NCBI GenBank assembly: GCA_964596545.1
Contig: CAZQUP010000008.1
Span: 9,331 to 63,168, forward strand
From: an uncultured Desulfatibacillum sp.
GTDB taxonomy: Bacteria > Desulfobacterota > Desulfobacteria > Desulfobacterales > SpSt-501
DNA length: 53,838 nucleotides
Direction of reading: 5' to 3'
Shown: positions 37,231 through 46,954 of the stretch, piece by piece
Position numbering within the stretch: position 1 is the stretch's first letter
Layout: the number at the start of each line of letters is the position of its first letter
Program-made: the position numbers and the translations under genes
The notes under the pieces: generated by a model
What the model saw: the letters and a program-made list of their open reading frames with translations, nothing else
The model's database searches: none
What the model was told of the DNA's origin: nothing

Positions 37231-38559
37231 ATGGGTTTTGCCGAAACCGCCGCTTTGATCATTTTCCTCGTGACCATCACCTTCGTGATCGCCGGATGGA
37301 TCGACAGTGTTTTGGCGGCGTTGATCGGGGTTGCGGCCATGATCCTCTGCGGCCTCATGACCGATCTCGAAGCCTTTCAGACCGTCGACTGGAACCTGAT
37401 CGTCATCCTGCTGTCGATCTGGATCATCTCCGGTTTCTTCGGCAAATCCGGCGTGCCGGAATACCTCTCCGCGGTCGTGCTGCAGGCCTCGAGCGGCAAT
37501 GTCGCCCTCTTCGTGGTCGGGGTGGGGGCGCTCGCCGGATTCGTCTCCATGCTGATCGACAATGTGGTCGTGGTGCTCATGTTCGCACCGGTCATTTTCC
37601 ACGCCTGTCGGCGATTCCGGTTCCCCGCCTTCGAGCCCGTGCTCTTTATGGGCATGTGCGCCAATTTCATGGGCACCGCGCTTCTTCTGGGCGATCTGCC
37701 TCCCCAGATGCTCCACAGCGTTTCCAAGATCGAGTTCTGGGGCTTCATCTGGCACATGGGCCGCCCCTCTTCGTTCTTTGTCCTGCTGATCGCCTACCTG
37801 CTCACCTGTGGCTATTTCTACTGGCGTTTTCGGCGGCGGTATCGCGGCCTCTGCATGGACATCTCCTGCATGGCGGGGGAGAAACCTCTCGACCACATCC
37901 GCGACAAGCCCTTCGCCATCATCACTTGCGCCATCTTTCTGTTGACCATCCTCGCCATGGCGTTGCGCGAATTCTTGGGTTTTCACCTGGGCTTCATCGC
38001 CATGTGGGGGGCGCTGACCACCATCCTCTTCTTCACGCTGTTTCGGAAGCGGTTCACCGTCGAAATCCCCGACGTCGAGGAGGTTCTCAAAGAGCTCGAC
38101 TGGCGCGCGGTTTTCTTCTATATCGCCCTCTTCGCCCTGGTGGGGGGGCTCGAGCATTCCGGGGTGATCAAGATCCTCGTCGCCCACATCACCCCGCTCA
38201 TGCGCGACAGCCTTGTCGCCGGCGCGACGGTCCTCTACTGGGTGACCGCACCGATCGTCGGTATCGTCGAACACGACGCCTACATTCTCACTCTGCTCTA
38301 CGTCATCCGCGACCTCGGCGCCGAGGGGGTCAATCCCTGGCCGCTCTATTGGATGGTCCTCTGGGCCGGTACCTTGGGCAGCAACCTCACGGTCGCGGGA
38401 GCCCCGGCGCTCTTCGTCGCCAAGAGCCTCGCCGAAAAGGAGGACGGCCGGGAGAGCACGGTGCGCCAATTTCTCTCCATGTCCGTACCCTACGTCCTCG
38501 TTTCGCTCCTTTCTTGCTACGTTCCGGCCATGCTGATCTGGGTTTTGCCTTTCGCCTGA
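37231..38559 (+). CDS. ArsB/NhaD/SLC13-superfamily permease
   Basis: More than 10 TM segments; SMLIDNV, ANFMGTALLLGD.P, GTLGSNLTVAGAPA. Confidence 0.82.
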   Translation: MGFAETAALIIFLVTITFVIAGWIDSVLAALIGVAAMILCGLMTDLEAFQTVDWNLIVILLSIWIISGFFGKSGVPEYLSAVVLQASSGNVALFVVGVGALAGFVSMLIDNVVVVLMFAPVIFHACRRFRFPAFEPVLFMGMCANFMGTALLLGDLPPQMLHSVSKIEFWGFIWHMGRPSSFFVLLIAYLLTCGYFYWRFRRRYRGLCMDISCMAGEKPLDHIRDKPFAIITCAIFLLTILAMALREFLGFHLGFIAMWGALTTILFFTLFRKRFTVEIPDVEEVLKELDWRAVFFYIALFALVGGLEHSGVIKILVAHITPLMRDSLVAGATVLYWVTAPIVGIVEHDAYILTLLYVIRDLGAEGVNPWPLYWMVLWAGTLGSNLTVAGAPALFVAKSLAEKEDGRESTVRQFLSMSVPYVLVSLLSCYVPAMLIWVLPFA

Positions 38560-38665
38560 GGCCGCCTTGCGGCTTCCCGGCTAAAGGTTTCCGCCGTATC
38601 GTCCGATACTCCGCGTTGAAACCTCGACGATTCGGTGGAACCTTTCGGGGAGTTTCCACTTGCCC

Positions 38666-39583
38666 ATGCTGCCGGTTGAGCCCACCAATCTCGGCCAGAC
38701 GATCGTGATCGAGGGCGAAACCCCCTCGACGGCCGGTTCCTATCACCCCTACCTCACGATCTTTTCCGGACCCCACAGCGGGCGGCGTTTCCGTCTGAAC
38801 TGCGGCCTCACGACGATCGGCCGCTCCCCGAAGGCCGATCTCGTCGTCAACGACAACCGCGTCTCGCGCATCCACTGCACCCTGGAATGGCTCGGCGAGC
38901 AGATCGTGATCGAGGACAAGGGCTCGACAAACGGCACCTTCGTCGACGGCTGCCGCATCGCCCGGGCCGCGCTGACACCGGGGGTCGCCCTGCAGATCGG
39001 GCTTTCCATGATGCGGCTCGAGTTCAAGACCGAGGCCGAAATCCGCATGGAAGAGAGCCTCGTCCACTGCGCCACCTTCGACAGCCTGACCGGGGTCTTC
39101 AACCGCGCCCACTTCCTGCGACTTGCCGCAATGGAGGCGGCCTGGGCCCAGCGCCACGGCCAACCGCTCGGCGTCGTCCTCGCCGACCTCGATCACTTCA
39201 AAGCGGTGAACGATCGCTACGGCCACCTCTGGGGGGATTTCGTTCTGACGAAATTCGCGGGGATTCTCGCGCAGAGCAAGCGCTCGGAAGACTTGCTCGG
39301 CCGCTACGGGGGGGACGAATTCATCCTGCTGCCGCGCGGCGGGATCAGCGCCGAAGATCTCTTTTCCTACTGCGAACGGCTGCGCCGTCGCGTCGAGACC
39401 TGCCCGGTGAGCTTCGACACGGTGACACTCGTGCTCTCGGTTTCGCTCGGCTTCCACCTCGAGCCGATCGGGGAACGATCTCCCGAGGAAGCCCTCTCCG
39501 GGCTGATCGAGCGCGCCGACCGTGCGCTCTATCTCGCCAAAGAGAGGGGCCGCAACCGCACCGAAGGGCGGCCCGCCGCCTGA
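38666..39583 (+). CDS. FHA-domain diguanylate cyclase
   Basis: IGRS..VSRIH..STNGT (FHA); DLDHFK.VND.YGH, RSED I-site, RYGGDEF. Confidence 0.92.
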   Translation: MLPVEPTNLGQTIVIEGETPSTAGSYHPYLTIFSGPHSGRRFRLNCGLTTIGRSPKADLVVNDNRVSRIHCTLEWLGEQIVIEDKGSTNGTFVDGCRIARAALTPGVALQIGLSMMRLEFKTEAEIRMEESLVHCATFDSLTGVFNRAHFLRLAAMEAAWAQRHGQPLGVVLADLDHFKAVNDRYGHLWGDFVLTKFAGILAQSKRSEDLLGRYGGDEFILLPRGGISAEDLFSYCERLRRRVETCPVSFDTVTLVLSVSLGFHLEPIGERSPEEALSGLIERADRALYLAKERGRNRTEGRPAA

Positions 39584-39619
39584 GACCACCGGCCCCCACG
39601 TTCCCGCCCCGGCTTTTCT

Positions 39620-41632
39620 TCAGGCATCGGAGACGGTCGCGCGGCTGACGATCCCCTTGCGCTTCTTGTAGCGCTGATAGACCAACAGCCCCGCCAGCAC
39701 GACGAGGCCGAGCAGATCGGTGCGGAGATCGGGGTGGATCAGGGTGAGCCCCCCCGCGAAGAAGAGAATCCGCTCCGCCCAGTTCATCGGCGCCCAGAAA
39801 AAGCCGATCATGGAGGCCCCGATCGCCGTCATTCCTCCGCAGGCGGTGAGCAGCGTGTGGATCATCTCGTACCAGGTCGTGTCCACCCAGAGCATCGCAT
39901 TGTTGTAAACGAAGATATAGGGGGTGATGAAAGCCCCGATCGCGAGTTTGGTCGAGGTGACGCCGGTTTTGAAGGGATTGGATTTGGCGATTCCGGAGCC
40001 CGCATAGGCCGCGAGTGCGACCGGCGGAGTGATGTCGGCCACGATCCCGAAGTAGAACACGAACATGTGCGCGGCAAGCGGGTGCACACCGAGTTGGGTG
40101 AGGGCCGGGGCGGCGATGGTCGAGGTGATGATGTAGTTCGCCGTCGTCGGCACGCCCATTCCGAGAATGATCGAGGTGATCATGGTGAAGACGAGCGTGA
40201 GGGGGAGGCTCCCACCGGCCAGCTCGACCAGGCCGTTGCCGAGCTTGAGGCCGATCCCGGTCAAGGTGACCGCGCCGATGATGATGCCGGCCGAGGCGCA
40301 GGCGAGGGCGACCCCGATCGCGCCGCGGGCTCCCGCGGCGAGCACATCGAGGATGTCCCGCGGGCTCATGCGGGTCGCCTTCTTGATCAGGCCTGCGATC
40401 ACGGCCGTGATCAGACCCAGCAGGGCGGCGTAGATGGGCGTGAAGCCCGAGGTGAGAAAGTAGATGATCACGAAAAGCGGCGCGATGAGATGCCCGCGAT
40501 CCTTCACGACCCGCCAGAAGCGGGGCAACTCGTCACGGTTCAATCCCCGCAGGTTGCAGCGCTTGGCCTCGAAATGGACCTCCATAAAGACGCCGAAGAA
40601 GTAGAGGCAGGCGGGGATGGCGGCCGCCTTGGCGATCTGGATGTAGGGGATGTTCAGGAACTCGGCCATGATGAAGGCTGCCGCGCCCATGATGGGCGGC
40701 ATGATCTGGCCCCCGGTCGAGGAGGAGGCTTCGACGGCGGCGGCGAACTCGGGGCGGTAGCCCAGGCGTTTCATCATCGGGATCGTGAGGCTGCCCGACT
40801 GCACCGTGTTCGCCACCGAGCTGCCCGAAACCGTGCCCTCGAGGGCGCTCGTCACGATCGCCATCTTCGCCGGGCCGCCCGAAGCCCAGCCCGCCACGGC
40901 GTTGGCGATGTCGATGAACAGCTGACCCAGACCGGACTTTTCGGCGAACGCCCCGAAGAGGATGAAGAGAAAGATGAAGGTCGCCGAGACCCCGAGCGGG
41001 ATGCCGATGATCCCCTCGGTGGTGAGGTACATGTGCGAGGCGATGCGCTCGATCGAGTAGCCGCGGTGGGCGAGAAAACCCGGGAAGTAATTGCCGAAGT
41101 AGGTATACAGGATGAAGAAGGAGGCGAGGCAGACGATCGGCAACCCCACCACCCGCCGCGCGGCCTCAAGCGTCAAGAGCACGCCGAGAACTCCGGCGGT
41201 ATAATCCAGGCGCGTGTAGTCCCCGCCGGCCATCATGATCCGCATGTAGTTCAGGGCCATGTAGAGACCGATGTAGCCGGCGAGCGCCGTGAACGCCCAG
41301 TGGTGCCAGCGCAGGCGGCCGTCTCCCCCCTCCCGGCGGGCCGGATAGAGGAGATAGGTCAGGGTCAGCGCGAAGGCGAGGTGGATCGAGCGCTGCAGCT
41401 GCGCCGGGAGCAGACCGAAGGCGGCGGTGTAAATTTGAAAGATCGACCAGCAGACGGCGATCCCATAGACGAGCCACTTCGAAAAACCGGAAAGATCGCG
41501 CACGGCCGATTCGCGGTCGACCTTTTTCAGGATGCGCTCGATTTCCTCCTGAGAGACGACTTCCTCCGCCTCGGGCACTGTGCCGGCGACCGGTACCGCC
41601 TGCGGGCCCTTTTCTCTTTCTTTCGCACTCAC
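39620..41632 (-). CDS. TAXI-type TRAP fused 4TM/12TM permease
   Basis: GGPAK, SGSSVAN, SSTGGQIMPPIMGAAAF, DITPPVALA. GTG start overlaps the upstream stop. Confidence 0.92.
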   Translation of the reverse strand: MSAKEREKGPQAVPVAGTVPEAEEVVSQEEIERILKKVDRESAVRDLSGFSKWLVYGIAVCWSIFQIYTAAFGLLPAQLQRSIHLAFALTLTYLLYPARREGGDGRLRWHHWAFTALAGYIGLYMALNYMRIMMAGGDYTRLDYTAGVLGVLLTLEAARRVVGLPIVCLASFFILYTYFGNYFPGFLAHRGYSIERIASHMYLTTEGIIGIPLGVSATFIFLFILFGAFAEKSGLGQLFIDIANAVAGWASGGPAKMAIVTSALEGTVSGSSVANTVQSGSLTIPMMKRLGYRPEFAAAVEASSSTGGQIMPPIMGAAAFIMAEFLNIPYIQIAKAAAIPACLYFFGVFMEVHFEAKRCNLRGLNRDELPRFWRVVKDRGHLIAPLFVIIYFLTSGFTPIYAALLGLITAVIAGLIKKATRMSPRDILDVLAAGARGAIGVALACASAGIIIGAVTLTGIGLKLGNGLVELAGGSLPLTLVFTMITSIILGMGVPTTANYIITSTIAAPALTQLGVHPLAAHMFVFYFGIVADITPPVALAAYAGSGIAKSNPFKTGVTSTKLAIGAFITPYIFVYNNAMLWVDTTWYEMIHTLLTACGGMTAIGASMIGFFWAPMNWAERILFFAGGLTLIHPDLRTDLLGLVVLAGLLVYQRYKKRKGIVSRATVSDA

Positions 41633-42126
41633 GGGGGACACCTGCCTTTCCAGAACAAATCGGAAACCACCGCCTTCCCGGGACGCAGGGTCAGCGCCGT
41701 TCCGGGAGGAGCCAGGCGATCCAGGAAAACCGCTTCTTCCCGGAAGAGGAGCCGGTGGCCGGCCACCCGCCCCACTCGCAGGGTGACCTCGTCGACCGGC
41801 CGATGGACCGTCCATTCGAGAATCCCGCCGGCGAGCACCCGGAGCGTTCCTTCCTCCGTCGATCCGTCCGGCATGCCCGCGCCGAAGGCGTCAAAGCGGG
41901 ACTTCACGATCACCAGTTGCCCCTCTTCGATCCGCAGCGTGTCGTAGACGGGCCTGCGGTTCACCGAGTGCACGTAGGCGAGAACCACTTCCTCGCCGGG
42001 CTGCAGCCTGCGGCAGAAGACCCGCACCCCTTCCGGTTCCCGAACGACCTCGAGAACCCCTCCTGCGGCGCAGGCGGAGAGGAACACGGCCGCCATGGCC
42101 GCGGCAAGCGGAAACAGCCGTTTCAA
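41629..42126 (-). CDS. DUF1850 family protein (possible lipoprotein)
   Basis: YVHSVNRRPV, FGAGMP; typical position between the TAXI binding protein and permease; LSAC lipobox-like motif. TTG start inferred. Confidence 0.78.
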   Translation of the reverse strand: MKRLFPLAAAMAAVFLSACAAGGVLEVVREPEGVRVFCRRLQPGEEVVLAYVHSVNRRPVYDTLRIEEGQLVIVKSRFDAFGAGMPDGSTEEGTLRVLAGGILEWTVHRPVDEVTLRVGRVAGHRLLFREEAVFLDRLAPPGTALTLRPGKAVVSDLFWKGRCPP

Positions 42127-42181
42127 TGCGCCGCGCCCTTCCCCGCCGGAAGTTTCACGGCACCGGCGGCGAAACGGAAAC

Positions 42182-42242
42182 AAAAAGGCCGAAGGGGCGG
42201 CTTTCGCGACGGAATCGGCTCATGCCCGCTTCGGCCCTTTTT
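42182..42242. terminator. Inverted repeat downstream of the TAXI binding-protein gene
   Basis: AAAAAGGCCGAAG ... CTTCGGCCCTTTTT, with T-tracts on both strands. Confidence 0.45.
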
Positions 42243-42266
42243 CGGGTTCGCCGGAGACAGCGCGAC

Positions 42267-43214
42267 TTACTTCATCGCGCCTTTTTCCTTGTAGTACTTC
42301 ACGGCGCCGGGGTGGAAGGGGATCGAAACGCCCTTGACCGCCTTGTTCAGGTCAAGCTCCTTGCCCTTGGCATGGGCCCCGGCCAGCTCGACCTGGTTTT
42401 CGAAGAGCGCCTTGGTCAAGTTGTAGACCACGTCTTCTTTCAGGTGATTGCCGGCGATCAACACCGCATTCACCGCCACCGTGTTCACTTCGGCGTCCTG
42501 CCCCTTGTAGGTGCCGGCCGGGACCTTCGCCGGAGCGAGGAAGGGATATTTGGCGACGAGTTTTTCGGCTTCGGGCCCCTTGATGTCGAGGATGCGGATC
42601 GCATGCTGGGTGGAGACGTCCATGATGCCGGCATTGGGAATGCCCGCCGTCACGATGAAGGCGTCGATGTGTTTGTCCTTGAAGGCGTCGGCGCTCTCGG
42701 CGAAGGAGAGATACTGCGGGTTCACGTCCTCCTTTTTGAGACCGTAAATGTCCATGAGCTGCCGGAAGTTCGCCTCGGTGCCGCTGCCCGGCGCTCCCAC
42801 GCCCACCTTTTTCCCTTTGAGGTCGCCGAAGCTCTTGATCGGGCTGTCGGCGCGGACGACGACCTGGATGATCTCGGGATAAAGCACGGCGATCGCACTC
42901 ATGCCCTTGAGGGGCTCCTTGAAGGCCTCTTTGGCGTTAAAGGCGAAATCAAGCGTGTCGCTCTGGACCAGCGCGAGCTCCACCTCCTTTTTGTTGATCA
43001 GCCGCACGTTCTCCGCCGAGGCGCCGCTGGTTTGCGCGGTTACGCTCATGTCCTTGATCTTCGCACTCCAGATCTTGGCCATCGCGCCGCCGAAGGGATA
43101 GTAGGTGCCCGCCGTTCCGCCGGTCGCCAGAACCAGCTTTTCGGCGGCCTGCGCCGCCGCCACCGTTCCGACCAGCGCCAGAACCAGAAGACCGATTGCA
43201 AACCGTCGCGACAT
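42267..43214 (-). CDS. TAXI family TRAP solute-binding protein
   Basis: ATGGTAGTYYPFG, SAEN, GAPGSGTE, IPFHPGA.KYY. Start trimmed to MSRRFA. Confidence 0.93.
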   Translation of the reverse strand: MSRRFAIGLLVLALVGTVAAAQAAEKLVLATGGTAGTYYPFGGAMAKIWSAKIKDMSVTAQTSGASAENVRLINKKEVELALVQSDTLDFAFNAKEAFKEPLKGMSAIAVLYPEIIQVVVRADSPIKSFGDLKGKKVGVGAPGSGTEANFRQLMDIYGLKKEDVNPQYLSFAESADAFKDKHIDAFIVTAGIPNAGIMDVSTQHAIRILDIKGPEAEKLVAKYPFLAPAKVPAGTYKGQDAEVNTVAVNAVLIAGNHLKEDVVYNLTKALFENQVELAGAHAKGKELDLNKAVKGVSIPFHPGAVKYYKEKGAMK

Positions 43215-43296
43215 GAAGCACCTCCTTTTTGGGGGTTGGGTTGGCGGAGGTCCGAGTAGCCTTCGGACCGCTGGGTGATAGATTTGAGGAAAAGCC

Positions 43297-43388
43297 ATAT
43301 TAGACGGCGAGAAGGCGAGGTGTCAAGGCAAACCGCCGCGGATCGCCGCCGAGCGCGGAATTGACTTCGGCCGCCCGCAGGTTATCAT
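43297..43388. promoter_or_regulatory. Back-to-back sigma70-like promoters
   Basis: Minus strand: TTGACA(43326-43321)-N18-TAATAT. Plus strand: TTGACT(43361)-N16-TATCAT(43383). Confidence 0.5.
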
Positions 43389-43431
43389 CCGCAGGTCACG
43401 ATTTTGATTCGGGAAAAACGGGAATACGAGA

Positions 43432-44688
43432 ATGCCGGCCGCGGGATCGATCGTGCTCATGGGATCGGGGGAGCTCACCGCCACCATGGTGGAGGTGCAC
43501 AAGGAGAGGCTTTCCCGCCTGGGGCCTCAAGCCAAAGCGGTGTTCCTCGACACGCCGGCCGGCTTCCAGCTGAACGCCGACCAGATCGCCGACCGCGCGC
43601 GGCAGTACTTCCGCCGCCGGGTCGGCTGCGAGCTCACGACCGTCTCCTGGAAGACGCGTGCGCTCCTTTCTTCCCCGCAAGGGGGGCAGGCGCTCGCCGC
43701 GCTGCGCGGGGCCGACTATATCCTGATCGGGCCGGGCAGCCCGACCTATGCCCTGCGCCACTGGCGCGACACCCCCGTTCCCGAAATTCTCGCCCGCCGA
43801 ATCGAGGCCGGCGCCTGCCTCGTCGCGGCGAGCGCGGCGGCCCTCACCGTGGGCCGCTTCACGCTTCCCGTCTACGAGATCTACAAGGTCGGGGAGGATC
43901 CGCGCTGGGAGCCGGGGCTCGATCTTCTTGGCCGCTTCGCACTTCCGCTCGTCGTCGTGCCACACTGGAACAACGCCGAGGGCGGAACCCACGACACGCG
44001 ATTTTGTTTCCTGGGCGAGCCTCGCTTCCGCGTCCTCGAGGCAATGCTCCCGGCTTCGTGCGCCGTGCTGGGCCTGGACGAGCACACGGCCTGCATCCTC
44101 GATCTCGCCGCCGGCGAGGCCCGCGTCCGGGGTACGGGAGGAATCACGCTGCGGCGAAGAGGAAGCGAGCTCCGCCTGGGAAGCGGCGAGCGAATCCCGC
44201 TTACCGTCTTGGGGGAGGATCCCCCCGGCGAACCTCCCCGCTCCCCCTCGCCCCCGCAGCCCCCTGCAGAACGGGAACCCGCGACGGAGGCGTTCTGGTC
44301 CCGCGTTCACGGCCTTGCCGCCTCCTTCCAACGCGGGCAGGACGCAACCGACCCCGCCGCCATGGCGGCGGCGGTGCTTGAGCTCGACGCTTTGCTCTGG
44401 TCCGCCTTCCAGGACATCGAAAACCCCGAGACGCTCGCCCAGGGCCGTGAGCTTCTGCGGGAATGGATCGCCCTTCTCGGGGCCGCCTGCAACGCCTGCC
44501 CCCGCATCCGGCCGGGGGCGATCGCACCGCTGGTGGAGCGGACGCTTCAGTTGCGCGAGGAGATGCGCCGCAACCGCCGGTGGGCCGAAGCCGATCTCCT
44601 GCGGGAGCTGCTCGGCCTTCAAGGCCTCGTGGTCGAAGACACCCCGGCGGGACCGCGGTGGCACCCCGCCGAGGGAGAAGGCCGGTGA
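43432..44688 (+). CDS. Peptidase S51/cyanophycinase-like domain fused to a CysS/YqeB-like C-terminal domain
   Basis: LMGSGE, GPGSP, AASAAA (Ser), VPHW (His), LGLDEHTA (Glu). C-terminus REEMRRNRRWAEADLLRELL..GLVVEDTPAGPRW resembles the cysteinyl-tRNA synthetase tail. Confidence 0.72.
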   Translation: MPAAGSIVLMGSGELTATMVEVHKERLSRLGPQAKAVFLDTPAGFQLNADQIADRARQYFRRRVGCELTTVSWKTRALLSSPQGGQALAALRGADYILIGPGSPTYALRHWRDTPVPEILARRIEAGACLVAASAAALTVGRFTLPVYEIYKVGEDPRWEPGLDLLGRFALPLVVVPHWNNAEGGTHDTRFCFLGEPRFRVLEAMLPASCAVLGLDEHTACILDLAAGEARVRGTGGITLRRRGSELRLGSGERIPLTVLGEDPPGEPPRSPSPPQPPAEREPATEAFWSRVHGLAASFQRGQDATDPAAMAAAVLELDALLWSAFQDIENPETLAQGRELLREWIALLGAACNACPRIRPGAIAPLVERTLQLREEMRRNRRWAEADLLRELLGLQGLVVEDTPAGPRWHPAEGEGR

Positions 44689-45641
44689 TCCCCCACGCCC
44701 GCGCCGAGAGCCTGGAAGGGCTCTCCCGACTTGCCCTCCCCTTCCCCTCTCCGTTTACGCTTCCGGCATGGGTGGAGAGCTGGCGCGAGGCCTTTTCCCC
44801 GAAAGACGATCTCTGGGTGCGCTCCTTTTACGCCGGCAAGGAGCTTCTCGGTGCCGCGGCCCTCCGGATCGAAGGGAGCCGGGGCCTTCTGGCGGGTGAC
44901 CCGGAGCTCTGCGACCACCTCGACCTGCTGCCCGTCCCCGGCCGCGAGCGGCTCTTCGCCCGGGCCGTTCTCGAAACGCTGGCGGCCGAGGGGATCGCGG
45001 GCCTCGATCTCTTCGCGCTGCGGCCCGACGCCGCGGTGCTCACCGCACTCGCCCCTGCGGCCGAAGAGACGGGCCTCGAGGTGGAGATCCGCCAGCGCGG
45101 CCTGCTCTTCGCCCTGGACCTCCCCGCCCGCTGGGAGGACTACCTCGCGCAACTCTCCCCCAAAGAGCGCCACGAGGTTCGCCGCAAGCTCCGGCGCTGG
45201 GAAGAGCGCGGCTTCGCCCCCTTCGAACTGCACGCGGGAAAAGAAGAAGCCGCGGCCGCCGTCGCGATTTTCTTCCGCCTCTTCCGCCGCGGTCGCCCGG
45301 AAAAGGCCGCCTTCCTCACCGAGAGGACGATGACGTTCTTTCGGCTGCTCGCGCACCGGCTGCCGGAGTTCCGGCTGGGGATGGTCCGCGTTGACGGGAC
45401 TCCGGCGGCCGCGGTATTTTGTTTCGATTTCCGGGGGACCCGCTACCTCTACAACAGCGCCTGCGATGCAGCGTTCGCCCCCCTGGGCGCGGGAATGGCG
45501 TGCAAGATCCTGAGCATCCGCGATGCCCTCGCCCGCGGGCTTTGCCGCTACGATTTTCTGAAGGGGGAGGAACCCTACAAGCGCCGGCTGGGCGGAAAGC
45601 CCCTGCCTCTTTTCGGTTGCCGCATCGAACTCGGAGCCTGA
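44685..45641 (+). CDS. GNAT acyltransferase (Acetyltransf_6, CelD/BcsL/Fem-like)
   Basis: LCDHLD, LPARWEDYLAQLS.KERHEVRRK.RR, YDFLKGEEPYKRRLG. GTG start overlaps the upstream stop. Confidence 0.8.
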   Translation: MIPHARAESLEGLSRLALPFPSPFTLPAWVESWREAFSPKDDLWVRSFYAGKELLGAAALRIEGSRGLLAGDPELCDHLDLLPVPGRERLFARAVLETLAAEGIAGLDLFALRPDAAVLTALAPAAEETGLEVEIRQRGLLFALDLPARWEDYLAQLSPKERHEVRRKLRRWEERGFAPFELHAGKEEAAAAVAIFFRLFRRGRPEKAAFLTERTMTFFRLLAHRLPEFRLGMVRVDGTPAAAVFCFDFRGTRYLYNSACDAAFAPLGAGMACKILSIRDALARGLCRYDFLKGEEPYKRRLGGKPLPLFGCRIELGA

Positions 45642-45644
45642 GAA

Positions 45645-46943
45645 ATGAATCCGCCCGCGCCCTCCGCAGCCCTTTCGATCGCGATGATCTCGCTCCACTC
45701 CGGTCCCCTCGGACCCCTCGGGGCGAGCCGTACCGGGGGGTTGAGCGTCTGCCTGCGCGCGCTCGCGCGCGAGTTGGGTCGGGCCGGTCATCGCGTGGAT
45801 CTCTTCGCCCCCCCGCCCGGGGATGCCCACGGGGAGGAGCCGATCCCCCTGGGGCCGAACGTCCGTCTCTTCCCCGTGGCCGCCGGAATTTCCCGCTCCC
45901 CCCACGACCTCCACCGAGGGGCGGAGGGGATCCTGGAAGCCATCGAGCGCCTTCGGGGGCGGGCGGCCGCCCGATACGACCTCGTCCACAGCCACTACTG
46001 GGCCTCGGGACGCACGGCCGAGCTCGCCTGCCGCGCCTGGGGCGTCCCGCATGTCCTGACCTTGCACACGCTCGCCGCCGCCAAACGGCGCTTGCGGGGA
46101 GGCGGGCAGGAGCGGTTCTTCCGCCTTGAGGCCGAGCGCCGTCTCGCCGCCGCCTGCGACGCGCTGATCGTGCCTTCGCCGCAGGAAAAGGAAATCTTGC
46201 TGCGGTTCTGCCCGGCGGCGGCCGACCGCACGGCCGTCGTCCCTTGGGGTGTTGACTTCGAGGGCTTCCGGCCGGTCCCACGGCGGGAGGCGAGATGGCG
46301 GCTCGGCATCCCTCAAGCTTCCGAAGTCGTACTCTACGTAGGAAGAGTCGTCCCGGAAAAAGGCTTGAAACGTCTGTTTTCGGCCCTCGCCCATCTCCGG
46401 GACCGCAAGCGACTTCGCCTTCTCGTCGTGGGCGGCGACGGCGCAGAGGACCCACGGCTGCGCCTGCTCGCCGCTCAAGCCCGGATCCACGGCCTCGAAA
46501 ACCGGGTCACCTTCTGCGGTCGGGCCGAGACGGAAGCCCTTCCCCTCTTTTACAGCGCGGCCGATCTCCTGGCCCTGCCCTCCTCCTACGAGAGCTTCGG
46601 CCTCGTGGTCCTCGAAGCACTCGCCTGCGGCACGCCGGTCGCCGCCACCCCGGTCGGCGCCGCGGAGTTTCTCCTCCGCGACGGGAAACGGGGCCGGCTC
46701 GCCTCCGGCTTCGCCCCCGCCGACCTCGCCCGGGCGATCGCCGATCTTCTCGATACCCACTTGCCCTCGCCGTTCATGGCGGAAGCGCTGCGCCGCTCCA
46801 TTGCAGGTCTCGACTGGAAGCGGACGGCCGCGGGGGTGCTTGCGGTCTACCGGGCGCTGCTCTCCGGCCGAGGGATCAACGCGACTGCCGAGGCCGGGAA
46901 AAGCCTCTGCTGCGGCTGCGGCCTCGGCTGGGGCCACCGCTGA
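45645..46943 (+). CDS. GT4 glycosyltransferase, MshA-like
   Basis: IAMISLHSGPL...GG, YDLVHSHYWASG, HTLAAAK, PSSYESFGLVVLEALACGTPV; these follow MshA signature motifs. Confidence 0.8.
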   Translation: MNPPAPSAALSIAMISLHSGPLGPLGASRTGGLSVCLRALARELGRAGHRVDLFAPPPGDAHGEEPIPLGPNVRLFPVAAGISRSPHDLHRGAEGILEAIERLRGRAAARYDLVHSHYWASGRTAELACRAWGVPHVLTLHTLAAAKRRLRGGGQERFFRLEAERRLAAACDALIVPSPQEKEILLRFCPAAADRTAVVPWGVDFEGFRPVPRREARWRLGIPQASEVVLYVGRVVPEKGLKRLFSALAHLRDRKRLRLLVVGGDGAEDPRLRLLAAQARIHGLENRVTFCGRAETEALPLFYSAADLLALPSSYESFGLVVLEALACGTPVAATPVGAAEFLLRDGKRGRLASGFAPADLARAIADLLDTHLPSPFMAEALRRSIAGLDWKRTAAGVLAVYRALLSGRGINATAEAGKSLCCGCGLGWGHR

Positions 46944-46954
46944 AGGATCTCCCC

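Noticed and set aside
43432-44688. Calling this gene cysS, mshC or cyanophycinase
   Set aside because: It lacks the class I synthetase HIGH/KMSKS core, no cphA is nearby, and the domain fusion matches none of these.
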